Assembly: GCA_051942205.1 (NCBI GenBank) | Contig: JAVECO010000006.1 | Location: forward strand, 124,001-188,000 | Reading direction: 5' to 3' | Length of the DNA: 64,000 nucleotides | Origin: Coniocarpon cinnabarinum | Lineage: Eukaryota | Part shown: positions 38,320-48,990 of the stretch, in pieces | Numbering within the stretch: position 1 is the stretch's first letter | Layout of the letters: each line of letters starts with the position of its first letter | Notes under the pieces: model-generated | What the model was told of the DNA's origin: nothing | What the model saw: only the letters and a program-made list of their open reading frames with translations | The model's database searches: none | Made by a program: the position numbers and the translations under genes

Positions 38320-40021
38320 TTGATGAATCGTAGTTGGGGCAAATGCAACATAGAGGACGCAGCCGCTACACAAGTGGAACGGGATTGATCGACATCAAGC
38401 TTGCCAGTCCATTATAGTCCTAGTTGAGCTTGGACTGAAGAAGCCTGCAACAGCATCTGATCAGGCGAGGATAATACGACAGACCCTACGATACTGAGAT
38501 TGACGACCAGCAAATGCTCAGTCAAGAGACAGCTCGAATGGGGTATTGGAAGAAAAGAGGACCCGGTAACGATTTGAACGTCCAGCACGTGGCATCTTGA
38601 GAAAAAAGTGACGAGGTGGTTGCCACTGAATGTGTAGGCGCATTGAAGCAAGGAAGGCGCCTTGGTGGGAATATTGGATATTTGAAGCGTTGCACATATA
38701 TTATGAGATATTGGTATGGCAAAGACCGACTTCGGTCTAAGCAATAGAGTTGTCAGCAAAGAGGCATGACCTTGCTTACTTTGCGGAGTATCGCTGCAGG
38801 ACCTTTCTCTTGCTTTGCTTTTGAGTGTAATATCTAGATCTTCAGATGGTGCTGTCGTAGCTCGCAAGATCATTACTGATTGCGTTTCGCAACAGCATTG
38901 CGTACCTAATCAGATCGCTGCTCTATTCCTCAACGACCAACGTCTGGTCGTTGTTGGAAGCAACGCGTGTCACCTTATATCTTATTGTGCAAATAGTCTT
39001 CATGGATTTCAACGTCATGAGGTTGCTTACAAGAGGACCATAAGAAGCTTGGTTGATTCTGCCCAGTTCCCACTCTACTTGCCTGATCCTTTACTTCATG
39101 CGAGATTCGCTGCCCTTGTCAAGCGACCGTTCCAGTTAGATATAGCAGGAGATTATGGTGAGTAGCGATGCAAGGATGTTCGAGGGTATCTTTGATAACC
39201 ATGATTTTCACAGTGCCATTGGTTGAAGCTATTGTGCTGTTGTGTAGGTAGGACTGTAAAGGATTTGGGTCAATATGGGCAAGTCGCAACTTACAACCTG
39301 TTGCACCTGCCCTTACATCGCTTCTTTTATAGTCAAGAAGATACTGCATCATTTCGACGAGATTGCTGTAGCAGTAGACTTGATGCGAACGAATGGCAGT
39401 CTTGCGGTGAGTGACATGCTAAGCGCACGTGACGTTTCATGTTCAAGTGCACATGAACAAGGGATATGGTGGCAAAAGGGGGTGTAGGTCTTCCGTTTCA
39501 AGTTTGCTTGTCGTCGCATATATTCATATCTGCAAAAATGCCATCCAATATTAGTTGCAGCTGCCGATGCTTCACAGCTTGATAACCAAGCCATAAGACC
39601 TAGTACAAAAGAATGTAAGACGCCTTTGTGATATATAGGATAGATGATGGGATAGTCTCCGAAGCTTGGGCTCACTTCTACTCTGATAAACACATGCAAA
39701 ATTACTGATTCATGCCCTCACGACGCCGACGTACGGCTTACGGCGAGTTTATCGTCACGCAAGAAGCTCGATCGAGGCAAGCTGCCGACTTGTACGACGT
39801 AGTTTCCGCCTTGTCCTGCCTTGTAACAGATCTCACTCTATGCCCCTTGAGTCATTCTCACTTCTGTCCCCCTTCCTTCCACCTTGGAGAAGAAGACCCT
39901 CGCCACATATAAATACCTTCCCCGCCCTACTCCGCTGCCAAACTTTTTCACTCAACCTACACACATACCAAAAGCCATAGAATTTGCAGTGCCTCCTCCA
40001 AAGATCAAGCAAACTAACGTC

Positions 40022-40654
40022 ATGTCTTCAGGTCCGAATTCAAAGCCAAGTCACAATTCGACCTCAAGTCCAAGGGACGACGAGCAGTCCCAACCGAACG
40101 CCCAGGCCCAGGCGTCGGAACAGACGGGCACGGCGTCGGAGCCGTCGCCACAGGACGTCGCCTCGAGCGATCCCGACGAAGCTTATGTCTTTGTCGACGA
40201 GGGCCGCGTCGTTGACGGCTTCGACTATATCCATGACGAGGAGGGGAGGCGGCCTCGTGCTGTCGTCACCCAGGGCGAGTCGTTTCCGAGTCGGCGACGG
40301 CTGAATGCTGGATCTGCAGCGGCACCAATCCCAGCATCTGCACCAGCACTAGTCCAAGCACCAGCATCTGCATCTGCATCGGGGCCCGCAGATCAAAGCA
40401 CTGGAATGCCGATGTTTGAACGTGGCCAGAGGTATGCGCCGGAGCCGCCGGAGCCTTGCATCGACTTCATCAACAATGTGAGTTGCTTTGATCGTTACTA
40501 TGACTAAGGTGATTAACTTGTCGTCTAGGACTACTGCGAGAATGGCGACAATTGCATTCGCCCTCACTACGATGAAAATGGCAGACTCGTCAATCCACAG
40601 TGTCTGTCGCTTTATATCCCAGAGCCTCGACGCTCAAGAGGCAGGGCTCCTTAA
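40022..40654 (+). CDS. Orphan disordered protein with a single C-terminal CCCH zinc finger, 2 exons
   Basis: TATAAA ~39908, ATG 40022. Intron 40478-40528 (GTGAGT..TAG) joins CIDFINN|DYCENGDNCIRPH = C-x8-C-x5-C-x3-H; stop 40652-40654. Confidence 0.65.
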
Positions 40655-42199
40655 TCTGATATTGGCATTTCACACGCCTCGGACTTAATTTCGGTTGGAC
40701 TGACGCAAATGAGAAGGAATGGTGAAATGTGGTGATGATAAGGGGAGAGCGGAGCAGCCGAATTAGAACATGATGAGCACTAATTATCTATGGAATCGTG
40801 GAAGATAGCAAGGAACGAAGTCAATGTCGCACAGATACTCTTACGACGAAGTCGCTGCTACGCAAACTAATACCATTTTCTAAGCCGTTACTCTTGTCTG
40901 CTTATATTTTTTGTCTCAGCTTCATTCATGGATTCAGATGCACAATCCAGACAACTCAATCACAGGTCAGAGGAAGCATTTTTTGAGCCGTCATGTTTAC
41001 TCTTGTGAAAATTAGAAGCTGGTGCATATGGGTCACATGTTGAACAGGACCGCGATCAATGGCGCATTTTCGAACGACATTGACTTCCTTGAAGCACTCG
41101 ATCTCGCTATGGCCAAGCTTGCTACCTCTTCATGGTGCTAAAATGCGGTTCTAAGGCGGTGGCATTCGTGCTTTCAATTAGGCAGAGCAGCGCCGTCGCG
41201 TCGTTGATGCGGTTGACGCACAGAAACATCAGCAATGATAGACCATAGATGGGCATGTTTCTTATGCCCAGTGTCATCTTCAGTCGGTGTGATATTCGTG
41301 TGAATACATTGAGGAGATGAAGCGTAAAATGGTGGCTGGAAGGCGCGTGCAAAAAACCTAGACCCACAAAAGTTTAGCCAAGCACGCCAATGACAAGGGG
41401 CAAACGCGTTGATTCCCCGTGTCTTTCTTTGATCTTGACAGCCATTTGCATGATTTCTTTTTTTTTTCTCGCGTGTCGCTGACTGTTGTGTGCGGTGACA
41501 CGCCGCAAGACAAGACTCTCCGCAGAGAGTTGGGAAACCGTCTCACATGGGTACAGAGTTGCTTGGCGTAGCAGCTCAGCAGTGATGCGTCAAGCTTGGC
41601 CCTGTCTTGTGCTCTTCATGCAGTCACGAGTATTTCCGTCCCTGATACGGTACTCCGTTTTCTCCTGGGCGAAAGCGCGCACACGAAACATTGATGTGGT
41701 GTAGGCAGCGCATATTTGGACCCCTGCAACATGGGACTCCATTCGACCAGAGCAGTCGAGAGCCTGTGGCGTGGCGACATCATCCGCTGAACGCCCTGAG
41801 CACATTCAGCACATTCAACGGAGGAAAGTAACGAGCTTACTCTGGCCCCGTGCCTGTATAGAAAAGAGAAGCGCAAAATATGTCCATTCTGCTGGTCCTG
41901 TTGGGGGGGCTGCCTTGTTTATGCGCCGCATCTGCATAATACAGACGGTAGCGCATAATACCTCGACTGAGGACCAATAGCGTCATGCTACATGGCTGCG
42001 GCGGCTTGCAGCAGGCTGCGCACTCGCAATTGTTTGCCTGCACGGCGTAGCGCCTTGAAGTTGACCTCTTCTCTTGTCTCTCTATTCTTTTTCCGCTTCG
42101 GTGTGTCCACGAGAGAAGACCATGCAAGATCAGCGTATTAGCAGACGGGGCCTGTGGTAGTATCTGGTGGCCGAAGTCAGCCCACACGCGCCGGTAGTC

Positions 42200-45100
42200 A
42201 TGCGTCAACATGGTTCAAAAGGGCATGCGTACAAAGACTTCAACATTGCACATAGTCGCAATCCGGTCATCGGCAACCAGACCAATGTAGAGAAGCTGTT
42301 CATTGGGGCTGGTGAGTGAAATGAAGCATGTGTTTGAATCCGGTGGCCAAGTTGTTATTCTTACCAGAATCAGACGCAGATCCAAGGACCCCCTACCTGG
42401 AGGAATTTGGTCCGACTGATCCCGAATTCGAGAAGGCTGGCATTCTTGCGGGCAAGTATGAACTCAACCCCGAGCTCTGTTCGTGGGTCTTCAAAGATCC
42501 AAACTTCTGTCGCTGGTACGAAGCCGAGGACAAGGACTCTGATGTCTTTTGGATTCGTGGCGATGCCGGCAAAGGCAAGACGATGATCATGGCTGCTGCG
42601 GCAGAGGAAGTGATGGCGAGATCTGTCGGCCGCGCTCGTTCTAGTACCATGGCGTACTTCTTCTGCCAACGGGGAAATGAGCAACTGAGCAGTGCAGAGG
42701 CCATTTTGAAAGGACTTTTATTCATGTTGATCAAGCATGATAGCGATGAGCGTGGCGTAGTGAGACATCTCCGCCGTCACTACCCTCTGCCACATAAACG
42801 TATCCTCTCGCTCGCTGCGCTGTGGGAACTGCTGCAGCAGGTTCTAGAAAAGAGTGCCATCGATGTCACGTATTTGATCGTTGACGCGCTGGACGAATGT
42901 GCGGTAGGTTTGCAGGAGTTCCTAGACCAATTATCGCGCCGAAAGTGTGGCCGCAAAATCAGGTGGCTCCTCACCAGCCGAAACGAGCTCAATATCTCTG
43001 AATCCTTGCTCCAAGACCCTGCGAGTGAAGATATGAGCTTGGAGGTAAACTCTGAAAGAGTCTCTGCCGCGGTCGATGCTTTCATCGACATCAAAGTTGA
43101 TGAGTTAGCCCGCAACAAAAAGTATGGATCTCGCAGTCCGACCTTGGAAGAGGAAGTGCGCTCATACCTGAAAACTAACGCTGATGGGACATTTCTGTGG
43201 GCTGCCTTGGTCTGTCAGCAACTACATCAAGCGAAAGGTTATGAGACTGCGACGAAGCTGTACCAGTTTCCACCTGGATTGGTGGGCCTCTACAGCCAAA
43301 TGCTGGCCCTGCTCGGCCGAGAAGAGAAGAACGATGACATTGTTTCGAGCGATCTTTGCAAACAAATACTGCGTCTGACCGCCATCGCTTGTCGACCCCA
43401 AACTCTCGATGAAGTTGCCACATTCACAGACTTTCCTGAAGAAATCAGCAGTAATCGTCAAGCTCGAGAAGAGGTGGTTTTACAGTGTGCGTATTTCCTC
43501 ATTGTACGAAATGAAACCGTATACTTCGTTCACGCGTCATCCCGTGACTATTTTCTCAATGGAGAAGGACGAGCCATATTTCCAGACGATCCTTGGCTTG
43601 AGCACGGCCATCTTGCGCTTCGCTCTTTGGACCTCATGCTCAACGAGCTGAACGAAGATATTTGCGATTTGAGAGATCCGGCTATAAGGATTGGCGATAT
43701 TCCAGAGAATCTCATCAGGAGTCGCGTTCGGCCGTCCTTGCAATACGCTTGTTACTACTGGACGCGTCACTTCGCTGCAAGTCATATGATTTGGAGTATG
43801 AGTATCACTCCAGACAATGAAGACCAATCAAGCTCGAAGTCCACATCAATCAAATCCAACGTGGCAATGTATCTATTGCATGTAGTGCCCGAGATGACCA
43901 TCCCGAAGGGAATAGAGAGTTCAGAAAAAATCCACGAAACTCTGCGTCAAGTCCTTTGCGAGGTGAGTAAACTACTTTTGACGCACTCAAACGAAGACGT
44001 CACTTTGAATGTCAGACCTCTAATTTTCTGCCTAGGTCGAAAGCAAGATCCATGGCTCGTATGAAGATTTTGCCAGTGAACACGAAAACCTGTTTGAGAA
44101 TTTTTACAACTTTTTGCAGAAAGGGTTTCTGCATTGGCTTGAAGTTCTAAGCCTTCTTAAGCAGGTGTCCATGGCTGAGCAGAATCTAGTGGCTCTCATC
44201 AATGGCTTCGAGGTGAGTTAGCTGTTTCGATCAGTGTCTGCGCACACTTAGTCTAATATTACTTATGGCAGGAGAATTGCGATTGGTGGCACCATCCACC
44301 GCAATACGGATTCCTTAAGGATGCATTAACTTTTGTCAAGAGGAACCGGTATCTTCTTGACAATACGCCGTTGCAGATATATGCATCAGGGCTTGTCTTC
44401 AGTCCGCAGACCAGTCAGATTAAGCAGTTCTCGCTCACACACATTCCCTCGTGGCTCGATCGGCTGCCAGAGGTCCGTCAGGAATGGGGCGCTGGGGAAC
44501 GTGTTCTTGAAGGCTGCGCCTTACCTGTGTGGTTGGTAAGGTTCTCGCCGTGTGGCTATTGGCTACTTTCAGCCGCAGAGGACAGACGCGTACGCATATG
44601 GAACGTAGACACCGGAGAGTTGCGTGGGGAGTTCCAGCATCCATCTCAGATATCAGACATTGTTTTCTCTAATCGAACGGGTCTGGCCGCCAGTTATTGC
44701 GGAAGCAAGATCCACCTATATGAGCTCAACCCCGAGAAAAAGCCTCGGCTCATCCAAGAGGTGCGAGTGTATCGTTCAGTGAATTTCGTCTCATTCTCTG
44801 CGGATGACAGTTTCCTCGGTGCAGGACTCGCCGATGGGAGCGTCAAAACCTGGAATATCCCTAATTTAGAAGAACGTGGAGCACTTTTCATCGGATCCAA
44901 GTCCAAGCCTTTGCATTATTCAGCAGCATCCGAGGATGCCAGGGTGCTTGCCGCGAATAGTTGTGACGATGGCACCTTGAGAAACCATATCCTGAAAGTT
45001 TGGAGTGTTGACTCAGATGCTATCAACCTGTTGGGCTACGAGAGCTATGCATTCTCATCCAGACGGAGGCCAGTAATGGCAGTATGTTCAGATGGCCCTT

Positions 45101-46652
45101 GGGTAGCTGTTGGTGGTGACGTCGGCAAGGTCATGCTGTGGAATGCGAGCGGCGGTCGATTGATTCACAAGACGCTGCTGTACAGTAGTACTGCTTCAGT
45201 ACATCACCTGGCCTTTTCAAGTTGCGGCAGATATCTCGGATCTCTTTCCTATGATAATATCGTGAATATTTGGGATATCAGAAGTAGTAAGTATACACGT
45301 TCTCTCCTGCATTGTTGGCTGTTTCCAGATTTGTTCGCTGGAAACGTTTGTACTTCTGCTGCATATCGAGAACAGAAATTAGGTTACTACCTTACGTGTA
45401 CGATATTAAAGCCATCACGACTCATATATAGAGTCTGTAGCCTGTCGTTGCGCCGGAGATCAAGGAGTTGAGGCGTTGCGTTGCCTGCGATTGCTGACGT
45501 CTTGATGATATCCACAAGCCCGTCTTGACTCTATCCAGACCCCACTACTGACAGATCTCTTTCACAGCAAGCGATTCGCCTTTATCAACGCGTAAAGTGC
45601 GCTCCCGCAACTTTTTCTCGTTCCTTCAAGACCCGGGTGGATTGATCGTTCTGACCCCGGATACAGAGCATGAAAATGCAGCCAGTATGTGGATGCCAGG
45701 ATTGGAAGGCGGTCTGAGAAGATTCAAGGGTCATGTCGGCGCAGTCACCGATGTGACGTTCTCAACACCGCGTAACGAAATTGCGACTGCGTCCAAGGAC
45801 GGAACTGTACGATTGTGGGACTGTGACTCTGCGCCCGGAGCAAAAGGGAACGAAAATGGACACAGCGACCGAATAGCATTTGTGATCGTCTCGCCTGATG
45901 GAAAGACCGCAGCTTCAGGCTCCGAAGACAAGAGCATCAGGCTTTGGGGTGTTGCTAACGGGAAATGTCATGCTGTACTAGAGAGCGTGCATACGTGGAT
46001 GCCGTACCACGAAGCCGTCAAGTTTTCAAGCGATTGCAAGTTCCTCGCTATTGGTTGCAAAGATGGAACTATACACGTATGGTCTGTATCGACGTGTCAA
46101 CTTTTTGCCATACTAATGGACCACGCGGATGCTGTGACAGCGTTGGATTTCTCAACGAACTCTTCAGAGGTACTTTGCTCTGCATCACTGGATGGGACCA
46201 TTAGGATTTGGAATACTCGCTCCTGCTCAGAAATAGCAGGCTCGACAATATGCTCAAATCAGTATTGCAAGCTGGCCTATGATCATGACAAGGGGCTCAT
46301 AGCCTGTCTAACTGACGACGATGTCATCGACTTTTCACGACTCAACAAAAACACACAACCAGCAGGCATTTATCAGATTGAGGCACAGACCATAGATCCG
46401 AGGCAACGTTCTCAGCTCAAAGATCGACTGAGAGCATCAATCCAGGCAACCGGAACGCCAAACGGTCTTCAGATCTCAGATGACCTCTGTTGGGTGACTT
46501 GGAGAGAGCATCGACTCCTTTGGCTTCCGGTGGACGTACGCGCCGCAACTAAGACGTATGCCGTAGTTGGAGAGACCATTCTTCTAGGCAACAATTCTGG
46601 GTGGATGACTTTCTTGCATTTCGATTTGCACGAGCTTGCTTTGTTGAAATAA
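42200..46652 (+). CDS. Fungal NLR, NACHT + WD40 repeats (NWD/HET-E-like), 5 exons, ~1327 aa, with short N-terminal amyloid-motif-like exon
   Basis: Exons 42200-42311, 42368-43962, 44036-44212, 44272-45286, 45568-46652 sum to 3984 nt in one frame. P-loop WIRGDAGKGKT, Walker B YLIVDALDEC, WLLTSR, ADGTFLWAAL, FVHASSRDYF, FLHWLEVLSLL, PLQIYASGLVFSP, divergent GH..WD repeats, terminal LLWLP. Confidence 0.9.
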
Positions 46653-46904
46653 TAATAGGAGTTTGACCATAGGGATCGACTGTGTTACGTTGTGATACAA
46701 GGATAGGCCTGTAGATCGACTGTTGTTGCGGACTGCACAAAACCACAAGCACTTCTCTAATCATGGGACGTGTATTGAATTCGATGAAAAGGACTAGTCT
46801 AGAATGCTTTATCTTCCCTCTGACCGCTCTCGGATCCGCAAACTCCGTTCAATCATGTGATCATGCTCATCATCAGCAGCATACAATAATGATGAAAAGC
46901 ATTT

Positions 46905-48293
46905 TTACTGGCTGGCACACTGCACGCGTTCACCGCCACCACCCATCTCCTCATCGTCCTCATCGACCATTGTAGCACCCTGAGCTCGAGCGCCTTCTCT
47001 AGTTGGATCAACGTTGTCGAGGTCTTTGCTGTCGACCATGGCGTTTTCGGGTGGTTTGGGTCCATCCTTTGCAGGTGGTAGAACTGATTTAAGAGCGTTC
47101 CTTTGTTGTTCAGTCATCGAAGACGCGCCGTCCGGAGCTGTTATTCGCTCGGGGAATTTCACTTCAAATTGTATGTAAAGGTTGCCAAAGTGGTGGAAAC
47201 GTTTCGAAGGCATTCCCTCTTCTCGAATCACTTTCAGGGCACCTGTGACTAGAAGTTAGAACGTCAGGGCATACTTGAGAAACATCAAGGCTCACCAGGG
47301 TGTATGACTTCGCCAGCAAGAATATCCACCTCTACCCATCGCTCGTCCAAGTGTTCAATGTACAGCTTCCCGCCCGCGAGAGCAGTGATTATGTCGATTT
47401 CAGCGCGGTAAAATAGATCGTCGTCCTTGCGTTGAAAACGCGGGTGAGGCTTTTGTTCAATCTCAAAGATGACATCGCCAGCGTCTACACCTGGCTGCTG
47501 ATCACCTTCACCAGGGAATTCTACTCTTTCACCGCTCTTCATGCCCTTCTCGATATGAACATGGAGGACCTTACGCTCCACGTTCGTCTTCTTACCCTTG
47601 CAAGTCTTGCATCGATCACGATCCCGGATCATTTCACCTTCACCGTTACACTCGGGACACACAGTCTGGAAGCGTTGAATCATTGGGCCCATCTGTCGCA
47701 TCATCATCTTGACACCCTGGCCATCACAGCTCGAGCAGGTTCGCACGGCACCCTCTTTGCCGCCACGGCCTCTGCAGGTGGAACAGATGACACTCTTCTG
47801 GAGGGCCAATTTCGACGTTTTGCCACGGTACATGTCCTCAAGGGTGACTTTGTGTTGATGTTTGATCGGACGACTCTTCTTGGGCCCGGTATCACGCATA
47901 CCTCCGCCAAACATACCACCAAGGCCCCCACCAAATGCACCGCCGCCGCCGAAGAATTGTGCAAACAAGTCTTCGGCAGCCATGCCGCCACCGCCACCTC
48001 CGCTGGACTCCAAACCAGCTTCGCCATATTGATCATATAATTGGCGATTCCGAGGATCGGAGAGTACCTCATACGCATGGGACATCTTTTTGAATGTCTC
48101 CGCTGCCTGCTCATCGCCGGGGTTTTTATCTGAACATGCATAGTCAGTATGAGATGAAAGCAGGTGTAGGCGTTACACAATCCATACCTGGATGATATCG
48201 TAGGGCGCCTTTTTTGTAAGCAGACTTCAGCTGGGAGTCGCCGGCATCGGGTGACACCCCTAGGGTGTCATAGAAGCCTGTTTCTTTGACCAT
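46905..48293 (-). CDS. YDJ1: Type I DnaJ/Hsp40 (Ydj1/Mas5), 3 exons
   Basis: [19 protein letters not shown]-domain across intron 48187-48130, G/F region, four CxxCxGxG repeats, C-terminal CaaX CASQ; second intron 47295-47243. Confidence 0.96.
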
Positions 48294-48990
48294 GGTGACC
48301 AGACGGAAGCTGAATTATTGTTTTAGGAAGGGGGATGTGAAATAGCCGTCAAAAGCCGAGAGGTGAAGATGAAAGGAAGTTCAGATTGGTTGCCTGTCCG
48401 GAAGATCGATATGTTGAGGCAAGTACTCCGACACAAAAAGGTGATGCAAAAGTGAGCCAGGGTTCACGTCGAGACCACTCAGCCACGGAATGCGTGCAAA
48501 AAACTCTCGACAGATAATAGCGTACAAGATGCGATGGAAGCAAGAAGATGAGAGGAAAGGACAAACAAGGGCAACACTCTCACACGCTGGCAGGAAGCAT
48601 CGTCAACGCACAGCCGCTCGCCTCCAAGACGCCTTGACGCTCAAAAATTTGGACGGGAGACTTTGCGGCGGCGCGCATTCTCAGAACTTCCGTCCCATTC
48701 TTTGCCTCTTTCGGCCATTGTGTATACCCGTTCACCCATTTGCTCAGCCCTCCGCTGGCCGGCCGTCATTAAGGTAATTATCTGGCCACTGTACACAGGT
48801 GTTCGTATCCTGCATAACGTCAATTAGATCAGTGTTGTTGCTCGTCTACGTATAATTAACAATACTCCTCTTCCGAGGTATCAAGACTATGTCGTGTAGA
48901 ACAGGTATAAGCAAGCCCGCTCGCCCTGCCACATCGCTGCCTCAAAATGCTTCCTGCCAATGCAATTCTACACATATCATCCAAAGAAAC

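Noticed and set aside
38412..39699. Short ORFs as a candidate HeLo/HELL effector for the NLR
   Set aside because: No helical effector-like sequence, no repeated amyloid motif and no consistent splice model on either strand.
45287..45567. Apparent break in the NLR WD40 region suggesting a pseudogene
   Set aside because: A 281-nt GTAAGT..CTGAC..CAG intron restores the frame.
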